This document shows, piece by piece, positions 20,344 through 29,174 of a stretch of 63,565 bases of DNA (the first letter of the stretch is position 1; each line of letters starts with the position of its first letter). This DNA comes from Isoptericola sp. (lineage in GTDB: Bacteria; Actinomycetota; Actinomycetes; Actinomycetales; Cellulomonadaceae), in NCBI GenBank assembly GCA_031181105.1, contig JAPSLD010000001.1, positions 1 to 63,565 on the forward strand. The letters are read 5' to 3'. The notes below the pieces were generated by a model, which was not told the origin of the DNA, ran no database searches, and saw only the letters and a list, made by a program, of their open reading frames with translations. A program made the translations under genes and the position numbers.

Positions 20344-21363
20344 GTGGCTGAGAACGGCGCGGTTGACGACGAGGACGGGCCGGAGGCCGGGGACTCGGCG
20401 CGCCCAAGCCGCACCGGCCGGGCACCCAGTGCGGGCAACCTTGCTGCCGCCTACCTGAAGGCGTCCGGCGTCGACGTCAGCTCGCTGTTCAAGCCGCCAG
20501 ACCTCCCAGTGTTGATGCCCAAGATTCCAATGCCGCCCATCGTGGAGGTCCCCGACGTGTCGGCCATCGTCGCCAGGTCCTTCGGCGGGTTGCAGCCGTC
20601 CTTCTACGCGAACGCGATCGCGGCGGTTACGGCGAACTTCAACCACGGTCAGTCGATCACGGCGCTGATCCAGCCGGGCATCGATGCGATCAACGCTGCG
20701 CTGGCGCCACTGACCGCCATGACCTCGAAGGCCATCAACGCCTTCCTCGATGCCGCCTGGCCGCCGAACCTGCGCGGCCTGGACCTGAGGATCCGCGAGG
20801 TCGGGAAGTTCCTGGAGACCGAGGGCATCCCGCTCTACCTCGTGCCTCGCGCTTCGACCGCACAGGCGCTGCTCTGGGCGCCGGACACCGCAGCGCGCCG
20901 AGCCATCATCGGGCGCCGGTTCGACTCGATCCTGGACGACTGCGACGCCGTACTCGACCAGTGCATCAGCCCCGACACGATCGACGAGGTGATGTTCGTC
21001 CGCGCCGCGAGCAAGGCGCTCCGCGACGGACACCTCGCACCCGGGCAGGCGCTCGCGGCGAACGTGCTCGACTCGATGATGCACACATGGTTCGAGGATG
21101 TGCGTGTCGATCTGACGAGCCACCGCAAGACGCCGAACGGTGACGTGCTGACCGACGAGATGTCGCTGCGCACGGCGCTCGTCATGCTGCCGATCTAGCG
21201 AGTGCACAAGACGTTCGAGCGCCACAAAGGCGACAAGGTGCCGCACACCTTCAGCCGCCACGCCTCCGTTCACGCCGTCTCGAAGGTGCAGTACAACAAG
21301 CGCAACGCCGCGATTGCCCTCGTGCTCGCCACGAGCCTCGTCGGCTTCATGAACGACCTGTAG
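20344..21363 (+). pseudogene. HEPN-domain protein interrupted by in-frame TAG at 21196-21198
   Basis: Frame continues 54 codons past the TAG (RVHKTFERHKGDKVPHTFSRHASVHAVS...NDL*) and contains R-x4-H. Confidence 0.7.
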
Positions 21364-21375
21364 GTCCTACTGGCG

Positions 21376-21822
21376 TCACAGGTAACGCTCCGTCAGTTCG
21401 CCGAGGCTCCAGGAGCCGCTCATGAGCCATTCGCGCATGATTGCGTGGGCCTCGGCGCGGTCCCAACGGGCGCTCGGCGGTACCCAGAAGCCGCACCCGT
21501 GCGCGCCGATGAACGGCTTCGAACGGCGGATGCCGTGCGTGCGCTCGACGGCGAAGGCCTCGTTGTAGCCGACCTCGACTGCGAGCCCGCCGATGGGTCC
21601 GACGTCCGCCATCGTCTGGGCGTACCGGCCCGTGGGGTGGTGGGTGAGGGACAGCCAGGCGGTGTCCTCGTGCACTCCGACCAGCGCGAGAAGCTGGTGC
21701 AGGTGGTCCCAGTCGCGCAGTGGGACTTCGTGGCCGCCGGGCCAGTTCATGTAGTAGGTGATCTCGCTCGGTAGGGGAGCCGTCGCGACGGCGGCACTGG
21801 GCCGCAGGTCGAGGACCGTCAT
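21376..21822 (-). CDS. Hypothetical protein, last gene of 5-gene operon
   Basis: ATGA overlap with the HAD gene. Confidence 0.6.
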   Translation of the reverse strand: MTVLDLRPSAAVATAPLPSEITYYMNWPGGHEVPLRDWDHLHQLLALVGVHEDTAWLSLTHHPTGRYAQTMADVGPIGGLAVEVGYNEAFAVERTHGIRRSKPFIGAHGCGFWVPPSARWDRAEAHAIMREWLMSGSWSLGELTERYL

Positions 21823-22706
21823 GGCTGCCTCTCACCGCCCTCGACCAACAGCTCGCGAACCAGCTGTCTGTGTGCGGCGCGGGCTTCTGTGACGGTCCTG
21901 GTCACGACCTTCCGGACGTTCTTCAAAGTGTCGGCTGCGGAAAGGTAAGTGAGGAACGGCTCTGCTCTCGTGCCCTGGTACTCGGTGTGAACGATGCCGT
22001 GCGGGGTGGGGGTCTTGCCGATCCGGTCGAGTTGGCCGTGCATGAACACGACACGCCACTGAGCGAACGTAGCCGGCTGGCCGTTGAAGCTCACGTACTC
22101 GTCCTCGCCGTCGTGGCCGTCGCGCCAAGCGTCGAGCACCTCGACGATGGACTCCATGCCGAACTCGTCGATCCCGAAGCGGCTGAAGGGACTGACTGGG
22201 TAGAAGCGTCCACGGTCGGTGCGGTCCAGGTGCCACTTCGCGACGTCGTAGCCCAGGTCGTCGTCCACCCACACGAAGTCGCGGCCCTTCGTAGCCTCAG
22301 CAACGGCGATGGACTTCCACCAGACCGTGGGGTCCCATGTCCGGTACGGGCCCTCGGCGTCGAGCACACGCCAGGGCAGCCCGTGCAGGCCCAGTCGCGC
22401 TCCCAGCAGGTTCGCCTCCTCGCGCCAGGTCGTGCACCAGACGGGTTCGACGCGACCTGCGTCGACGAGCTCGTTGATGCGGTCGATGTTGGCCTGGTGC
22501 CAGATGACCGTGCCCGACAGCGGTTGGGTCTCGAACTCGTACCGCATCGTCTTCGAGTCGGGTAGCCCGTCGTAGGCGTTGATGACACCGTCAACGTCGA
22601 GGACCAGCAGGGGCGGGCGCGTGGCGGGGGCAGTCATGGGGTCCTTCGTGCGAGAAGCGAGCGACGGGTGGTGGGGGCTGGCGGGAGGTTCAGGGCTGCC
22701 CGTCAC
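21819..22706 (-). CDS. HAD-superfamily phosphatase (RNA-repair-associated SAK-like); alternative start 22637
   Basis: LDVDGV, WCTTW, WWK, FVWVDDD motifs. Confidence 0.75.
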   Translation of the reverse strand: MTGSPEPPASPHHPSLASRTKDPMTAPATRPPLLVLDVDGVINAYDGLPDSKTMRYEFETQPLSGTVIWHQANIDRINELVDAGRVEPVWCTTWREEANLLGARLGLHGLPWRVLDAEGPYRTWDPTVWWKSIAVAEATKGRDFVWVDDDLGYDVAKWHLDRTDRGRFYPVSPFSRFGIDEFGMESIVEVLDAWRDGHDGEDEYVSFNGQPATFAQWRVVFMHGQLDRIGKTPTPHGIVHTEYQGTRAEPFLTYLSAADTLKNVRKVVTRTVTEARAAHRQLVRELLVEGGERQP

Positions 22707-22957
22707 GTCCGCGTCGATGCGGCGGTGGAGCCGTGGAACTCGAGCTCGTCATGCTCGATGGGCGTGGTGCGCTCGTCGACGCGCGTGCCTAGGTCGCAGA
22801 AGGTCTGGTCGTCTTCGGGATGAGGGACTTGGACCATCCGACGGGCGACACTGGCGGGGACCTGGTGTTCCCAGATCTGATGGACGCGTTGCAGGTAGCT
22901 GCGGGTCCATCGGATGGTGACCATCGGCTCGGCTGAGTCCGCACCGCGCTCGGTCAT
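22703..22957 (-). CDS. Small hypothetical protein (84 aa)
   Basis: 4-bp start/stop overlaps with both neighbours. Confidence 0.5.
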   Translation of the reverse strand: MTERGADSAEPMVTIRWTRSYLQRVHQIWEHQVPASVARRMVQVPHPEDDQTFCDLGTRVDERTTPIEHDELEFHGSTAASTRT

Positions 22958-24060
22958 GGCGACTGTGTGATGAGCGGTTGCACGTCCAAGGTGTCCAGGT
23001 CGAGAACGACGGCGTTGCCGTGGGTCCACTCCATGTCCAACACATGGGTCGTCGTCTGCGACCCGTCAGGGTGCGTGATGACGCCCGAGCGGCGCTGGTG
23101 CCAGTGCCCGCAGAAGACCAGGTGCGGCTTGGTGCGGTCGACGGCCTGGCGCAGGAGCGCGCGAACCTCGTTCGCCTCGCTCAGTTCCGGCTCGCGTACG
23201 GGGAAGCCCGACTTCACTAGCGCACCGCCCTCGGGCACGTCGTGTGTGACCAGCACGTCCAGCGGTTCGTCGCTGAGGGTGTCGACGTCCGCCTGCATGG
23301 GCGCCTCCTGCGGCCACCAGGAGACTCCCGGCGCGCGATGGCGGCGGTCCACGCTGACCGCGCCCCCGATGGCTCCGAAGCGCCGGGTGCCGACGCTCCA
23401 GCGGTGGCCTCGGGGAAGTGCACGCAGCCGCTTGCCGAGGACGAGCATGCCCTCCCGGTCGCGCTTGGCCGCGTCCAGTCGGTCGTAGTTCTCGTGGTTG
23501 CCAGGCACGACGAGCAACCGGGAGCCGTGCTTGTGCAGCGCGGCGTCCACGAGCTTGGTCATCGAGCGGTCGCTGTTGCCCCAGGGACCAATGCCGAAAT
23601 CGCCCACGTGCACGAGCAGGTGGACACCCTGCTCGGCGGCGCGCTCGATCACCTGGCGGGCGGCGCCGTCCACGCCGTGCCAGTCACCTGCCACGGCGAC
23701 GCGGCGCACGCCTCTCAGGTCGAGTCCTTCGGTCACGGTGGGGCTGCTCCTTCTCGGTTCGAACGTGGGCGTGGCTTTGATGGCGGCTGGCAGGAGCCAG
23801 GCCCACAGCTGGGCGTCGATGAGCTCGACGAGCACCGCGTGCTGCGCATGCTCTGGTGCCTCGTGCAGGCGTTCGTGCCAGGACTGGGCGTAGGCGCGGG
23901 CTGCGGATCCGAGCGCCTGGGCTGCTTCGGGAAGTGATGCGCCCTCGGCAGCGATCCAGTTAGCGCCGTCGATGCGAGCGGTCCACACCTCAGCCCCGTC
24001 GTCGTCGAGGCTCCACGCGAACACCGGGCGGTAGCAGCCCCGCTGCTCTTCGCGGCTCAT
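22954..24060 (-). CDS. Calcineurin-like metallophosphoesterase with extra N-terminal domain
   Basis: GDWHG, VGDFG, PGNHEN, THD, GHWH motifs. Confidence 0.85.
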   Translation of the reverse strand: MSREEQRGCYRPVFAWSLDDDGAEVWTARIDGANWIAAEGASLPEAAQALGSAARAYAQSWHERLHEAPEHAQHAVLVELIDAQLWAWLLPAAIKATPTFEPRRSSPTVTEGLDLRGVRRVAVAGDWHGVDGAARQVIERAAEQGVHLLVHVGDFGIGPWGNSDRSMTKLVDAALHKHGSRLLVVPGNHENYDRLDAAKRDREGMLVLGKRLRALPRGHRWSVGTRRFGAIGGAVSVDRRHRAPGVSWWPQEAPMQADVDTLSDEPLDVLVTHDVPEGGALVKSGFPVREPELSEANEVRALLRQAVDRTKPHLVFCGHWHQRRSGVITHPDGSQTTTHVLDMEWTHGNAVVLDLDTLDVQPLITQSP

Positions 24061-24449
24061 GTGCCCGCTATCGGTGGCGCCGCCAGCAGTTCGGCCAGCT
24101 CGTCGTCGCTGAGCGGCCCGTCGATGCGCTCCACGACCCGGCCGATCCAGTACAGGTCGGCGTCGAGCCGCCCCACGTCGTAGACCATCTTGTGGCGCGC
24201 ACCCACCCGCACCACCCAGTTGCGCACGTCCTCCATGTCCACGTCACCGTCGGGCTGCAGGGGCGGACCGGAGATGAGGTCGACCAGCTCCTGCCAGACG
24301 CCCTCGCCATCGAGCGGGCGCTTGGCGTTGGTCCGCATCACCTTGGGGCGGCGGCCACGCAGGTCGAGCAGGTAGAGGGTCGGACTCTCGCTGCGGATGG
24401 CGTAGACGCCCGGCGCGGCGGGCGGGATGAGGAGCTGATCGTGGTTCAT
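24057..24449 (-). CDS. Hypothetical protein, first gene of operon
   Basis: ATGA overlap with the phosphoesterase. Confidence 0.55.
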   Translation of the reverse strand: MNHDQLLIPPAAPGVYAIRSESPTLYLLDLRGRRPKVMRTNAKRPLDGEGVWQELVDLISGPPLQPDGDVDMEDVRNWVVRVGARHKMVYDVGRLDADLYWIGRVVERIDGPLSDDELAELLAAPPIAGT

Positions 24450-24689
24450 GGGGCTGCAGATCTACCAGGCCGGCCCCGCCCGAGCCCAGCCGGCGGTCGA
24501 CGACCGTGCGCGATGCCGGGCGGTCCGCCGCAGTGAACGGGCTGGTGGGTGCGCGTTTCGGGGGTGTTCCAGGACGGAGCGTCTCAGCAGGGCCGCTCGG
24601 TCGACATCGTCGGGTCGGTCGGGCGACGGCATCCCACCACAGCGGCGCGGTGCCTGGCCGGGAGCGCTCGCTCCTGCTGGGATCAGGCC

Positions 24690-25173
24690 ATGGGAGCCAG
24701 CATAGTTGCGGTCGTCGGAACCATCGTGGGTGGTGCGCTCGGCGCCGTCCTGGGCTTCGTCTTCGAGCGTCGGAACGCTGTCGACGCCTCCAGGCGCGCC
24801 CGCGCCGAGACGCTGCGACAGGAGCGGTCCACGGCGTACGCACAGTTCGCTGGTGCCCTCGGGGTCTACCGCCGCGCGCAGATCGACCGCTGGGACACGA
24901 ACTCCACAGACACCGGCGTGGCTGCGGACGCGCTGGGAGAGGCGCGCAGACAGCGGGACGCCGCGCGAGAAGCGATGTTCCGAGTCCAACTGCTGGCGGG
25001 GACGAGGAGTGTCCGAGAAGGGGCTCAGGCCGCCTTTAACGCGATGGACATTTCGAGTGACGAGCGCAGAGGACGCCAAGGCTGCACGTGACAGCACGTG
25101 GAAGGCGATGTACCGGTTCGTCGAAATCGCGCGAAACGAACTCGATGAGGCGCTCGCAGAGGAGACCTCTTGA
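24690..25173 (+). pseudogene. KilB-like membrane-anchored protein, frameshift near 25051
   Basis: MGASIVAVVGTIVGG...LRQERSTAYAQFAGAL; helical C-terminus AARDSTWKAMYRFVEIARNEL lies in another frame (span 484 = 3n+1). Confidence 0.5.
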
Positions 25174-25198
25174 GACCCGTTGACGGTACGGTAATCGT

Positions 25199-25549
25199 AT
25201 GGTTCAGAAGATCGTCACCGAACTCGTCTCCGACCTTTCCGGCGAGGCGCAGGATGTCGCTACCGTGATCTTCGGCGTCAACGGCACCCAGTACGAGCTG
25301 GAGCTCACCGGCAAGGAGCGCGAGCAGTTCGAGAAGGCGCTCGAACCGTATGTCGCCGTGGCCCGGAAGACGGCTGGCCGTGGCGTCCGCAGGAACGGCG
25401 GAAACGGCAGTGCTTCTTCAAGCTCCACGAGCAAGCGCGACGACCTCGCAGCGATCCGGTCGTGGGCGCGCGAGAACGGGCACCCGGACCTCGGAGACCG
25501 TGGCCGAATCCCGAACAAGATCGTCGAGGCGTACGACGCGGCACACTGA
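25199..25549 (+). CDS. lsr2: Lsr2 family nucleoid-associated protein
   Basis: MVQKIVTELVSDL, YELELT, IRSWARENG, DRGRIP. Confidence 0.9.
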   Translation: MVQKIVTELVSDLSGEAQDVATVIFGVNGTQYELELTGKEREQFEKALEPYVAVARKTAGRGVRRNGGNGSASSSSTSKRDDLAAIRSWARENGHPDLGDRGRIPNKIVEAYDAAH

Positions 25550-25617
25550 CGCACGAGCTGTAGGCGCCGCTCTTGGGCCATCAGCCTCATGTCGCATCGC
25601 GGCAATCTTGGTGTCGG

Positions 25618-26238
25618 CTAAGACTCCAGATCGCGAAGCGTTCCGAGCAGTTCTCGGTGGTCCTCGCGCTGCTCGCGACGGAAGTGCTTGAACTCCTGGA
25701 CGAAGCCCTCACCGATGGACGGTGATGCGTTAGTGAACCGGATGTCGTCGAAGCGGACCGCGAATTGGTCTTGCAACGGCGTCCCGTCGGAGGCCATGCC
25801 CGTGACGGTGAGGGTAAATTTCTCCGGCTGGTCCGAGACGTCGAGAAGCTCGTAGCCCAGACCGAGCGACCACATCAGCGTCCTGCCCGGCCCAACAGAA
25901 GCGATGCCTGACGCCGCATCCGCCTGTCCCTTCTCGCACCTCATGTCTGTGCGGCCTGGGCGCACTGGCGGGTCGACTACGACCCGGACGTCGTGGGCAG
26001 GTGTCGGACCGGAGTTTCCGACCATGAGGCAGAGCACCGAGCGCCGATCAGGATCGGGACGGATGTCCGCCCACAGCAGCGGGTGGCGCGCCTCGGCTGC
26101 GATGCGCGCCTGCAGTTCGGTCTGAGCCTTCGCCGCGTTGGCGGCTCGAATGGTGAACGGCAAGGCGACCAGCGACACGACGGCGGCTGCGATCGCTGCG
26201 CCTGAGGCAGCGATGGTGGCGACGAGATTGGCGTCCAT
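25618..26238 (-). CDS. Membrane-anchored hypothetical protein, same architecture as 17383-18033
   Basis: TM; HPLLWAD, VGNSGPTPAHDV. Confidence 0.65.
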   Translation of the reverse strand: MDANLVATIAASGAAIAAAVVSLVALPFTIRAANAAKAQTELQARIAAEARHPLLWADIRPDPDRRSVLCLMVGNSGPTPAHDVRVVVDPPVRPGRTDMRCEKGQADAASGIASVGPGRTLMWSLGLGYELLDVSDQPEKFTLTVTGMASDGTPLQDQFAVRFDDIRFTNASPSIGEGFVQEFKHFRREQREDHRELLGTLRDLES

Positions 26239-26486
26239 GACCGGAACCTACGGCGTCCCACTGACGTAGAACCGAGACTTCGTTCGCCGGCTCGGGTCGC
26301 CCGCTTCGCGGCCCGCAATGCCGCAGCGTCAAGGGACGTGTCGGCCATCCGCTCTATGGTCCCTCGCATGGGTGAGGAAGCGACGTCGGGTATCCCTACG
26401 CCAGATCGCTGCCATGCGGTCATCGATGACCTGGTGACACGCTGGCGTTCCGATGGCGAGGAGGCGCGGATTCGCGCCTCCGGATC

Positions 26487-26990
26487 ATGGTCTCGCGACT
26501 GGTCCCGAGGGTTCTTGACGTGTATCGAGGCGACATAGTGGTCTTCAAAGACCCAGGCGGATGGCTGCCGGCGGCCCCATTGAAAGATCATTCGCTAGTG
26601 AGCGATGCACTCATGTCGGTCGGCTTGATGCCGCAGGACTCCGACCAGCACCTGGTCAAGCGCGTCATCGGCGTGCCAGGCGATGTCGTCGCCTGCGAGA
26701 GCGATGTCGCGGTCACGGTCAACGGGGCGCACATCGACGAGGCCTCCTATCTCAAGCCCGAAAGGATCACTTGCTCAGACGCATTCAGTGTGACGGTTCC
26801 GCCCGACTCGCTGTTCGTCATGGGCGACAACCGCGAGAGCTCTCACGACTCGCGCTACACCGCCGAAACGCCAGTCGGGCAGTTTGTCCCCATGAAGGCG
26901 GTCCTGGGCACAGTGGTGCTTACTGTGTGGCCACTGGACCGCATGAGCGTTCACGGTGGGCAGGCAGAGACCTTCCAGCAAGTCCCGTAG
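26487..26990 (+). pseudogene. Signal peptidase I fragment lacking the N-terminal TM and catalytic Ser
   Basis: RGDIVVFKDP, LVKRVIGVPGD, VMGDNRESSHDSR; no in-frame SMxPT box. Confidence 0.75.
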
Positions 26991-27427
26991 TGGGCCGACG
27001 ACACTTCTCGCGCGAACCCTCTTCGGGCAAATGCGCGCTGCCTGACTCGGAAATGTTCAGACCAGTGGAGAATCGCCATCCGGTATCTGAAGGTGTGCTA
27101 TAATCGGAACCACAACTGGATAGCGCGCGTTCGTTGGTTGAGGCTGGTCAGCGGTTGGGAGTTCGACTCTCTCCTTCCGTCAGGGATGCTTGTGGCACTC
27201 ATGGTCCTCCTCGCGTTCGTCCGGCTCTTGAGTGAAGTTCGATTCGAGAATCCCGGAAGAAGGAGGTTCAAGGTGAAAGGTTCCAACACACCGAAGCACA
27301 TGAAGATGCAGGCAAACCGAAACGTAAGACCCTTCTGGCAGTATTTGTTGGAAACGGGCTGGGCGATCGGTGCGGGGGCCGTTGGTGGTCCGCTGGCATC
27401 CTGAGCAAACGAACGCGCGGGCAACTA

Positions 27428-27468
27428 AGCGCAGGGCGCCCCGGTCATGGACAGGGGCGCCCTGCGCT
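27428..27468. terminator. Strong hairpin, probable terminator
   Basis: AGCGCAGGGCGCCCC...GGGGCGCCCTGCGCT 15-bp perfect stem. Confidence 0.6.
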
Positions 27469-27884
27469 GCCTAAGTTCGGTCCGAGCGGTTCACGCCCGA
27501 GTCGTGCGGTGGGCAGACTGTGGCGCGTGTGGCGCAAGTATCAGGGCATGCCAATCGTCAGAGTCGCGTACCCGGGGTGGCCCAAAGAGGCCGATCCATT
27601 GGACTGGGGAGCAAGCACCCCGACGACGGATACGCATTCGCTTGGCCGGACCCAGCCGAACCGGAGCTCGGCACGTGGGCGAGAAAGGAGGCCGGTTCCA
27701 AGGTTGTCGTGGTCGGCTACAACACCAGCCGCTGGAGCGACCTCTCCACCCTCGTACTGCACCTGCCGTGACGGGGCGGTAGACCTTCCACTGATCGAGC
27801 GTCGGGCGCTGTTTCAGCGGGGCGTCGAAGTTCGTGCCCTCGGCAAAATCTAGGGACGGTGGAGCGCAGGTGCTCAGATCTGCC

Positions 27885-29174
27885 CTACTCCATGCCGCCA
27901 GCGGGCAGGACCTTGCGGATTGCCTCCAGCAGCAGCTCGCCGCGTTCGGCCTCTCCCGTTCCGGACCGGTAGCCGTACATGTCCAGGCCGACAGCGACCA
28001 CCGCCTTGGGCCGGTCCGCGAACCCGGTCGCGTCCCAGCGCACCGGGGGCAGGGCGTCGGGGTAGACGAGCACGGACAGGTCGGCGCCCACGGCTGCCGC
28101 GGTAGAGACGGCTTGGAAGAAGTGGCTTCTCGTGCGCTCCGGCGTCGGCACGGAGTATTTGGCTTCGAACGCGACGACGATCCGCCCGTCCTTGGACAGC
28201 GTTGCGTCGGGGTCAACCTGACGGTCCGTGTGGATGCCGGCCCAGACGCCTGGTTCTGTATCGACGGCACCGAGGAAGTCGTGCAGCGAGTGCTCTCCGG
28301 CCACCAGGGGCACGCCTTCCCGCTGTGCCTGGCGAGCTGCTGCCCGTACCGAACGGTGCAGGAGTGTTTCCAGGAGCGGCCAGGGCTCGACAGCCAGACC
28401 AAGCCCTTCCTGGACGCCCGATCTGCGCAGTGGTGAGACGCGTCGAATCACCGCGCACGCTGTCACCCAAGCGTCCGCGTACTCCCGCCACTGGGGAGGA
28501 AGCGGGCGCGCGGCCACGCCCGGGTCCAGGGTCGCATGCAGTGCCAGGCCGGGCCGTAGATCGCCGCGAAGAGCACGCAGTCGCTGCGCGATCGACGGGT
28601 CGGAACTTCGAGAGGCCAAGGTCTCGGCAACCCATGCCATCGCGGAGGTGAACGCGTTGTCCGTCGTGAGCGAGGTGCGCTGCTGCGGGAAGATGTGCGG
28701 TCGCAGGATTCGGCTCGTGGTCCAGCGGGTGACGTCGAGACGACCGCGAAGACGCGACTCGGTCGTCCTGGCTGGAACGATCACGGACAGTGGGCCGGCA
28801 CGCCTGATGGCGTCGCCGAGCTGCTGGGCGTACAGGTGGGCCAGAGCGTCCGGAAGGTAGAGGCGCGGCGAGACCTCAGCTTCCCTGACCTGTCCTTCGT
28901 AACTGACCCGCTCAGCGCGAATCAGGTCGTAGACCGCCGCCGTCCAGTTCTCGCCAGGCATGGTCTTGGGTGCGATGTCGACCAAGACGTCCTGAGTGAC
29001 CTGCACGGTCCCCACCAGGTTCTGGACCGTGGGTGCCGCCGAGTCACCACCGAGAAAGCGCATCCGAGGCTTGAGCTCTTCCCGTAACGAGACCAGGCGC
29101 TCACGAATGGCTTGCGCCGTCGTCAGGTCGACGCCCGTGATTGGCTGGCCCTCGGTGACCTCGATGCGCTGCAT
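27885..29174 (-). CDS. McrC-like PD-(D/E)xK nuclease subunit
   Basis: NLVGTV, RLRGRLDV, TTDNAF, DPDA...FEAKY; coupled to McrB-like gene. Confidence 0.8.
   Translation of the reverse strand: MQRIEVTEGQPITGVDLTTAQAIRERLVSLREELKPRMRFLGGDSAAPTVQNLVGTVQVTQDVLVDIAPKTMPGENWTAAVYDLIRAERVSYEGQVREAEVSPRLYLPDALAHLYAQQLGDAIRRAGPLSVIVPARTTESRLRGRLDVTRWTTSRILRPHIFPQQRTSLTTDNAFTSAMAWVAETLASRSSDPSIAQRLRALRGDLRPGLALHATLDPGVAARPLPPQWREYADAWVTACAVIRRVSPLRRSGVQEGLGLAVEPWPLLETLLHRSVRAAARQAQREGVPLVAGEHSLHDFLGAVDTEPGVWAGIHTDRQVDPDATLSKDGRIVVAFEAKYSVPTPERTRSHFFQAVSTAAAVGADLSVLVYPDALPPVRWDATGFADRPKAVVAVGLDMYGYRSGTGEAERGELLLEAIRKVLPAGGME

Noticed and set aside
27140-27183. tRNA 3' fragment (GGGAGTTCGACTCTCTCCTTCCG)
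   Set aside because: T-arm-like only; I could not fold a matching acceptor, D or anticodon arm
27093-27853. Short ORFs between the signal peptidase fragment and mcrC
   Set aside because: No recognisable motifs and conflicting overlapping frames; possibly gene debris
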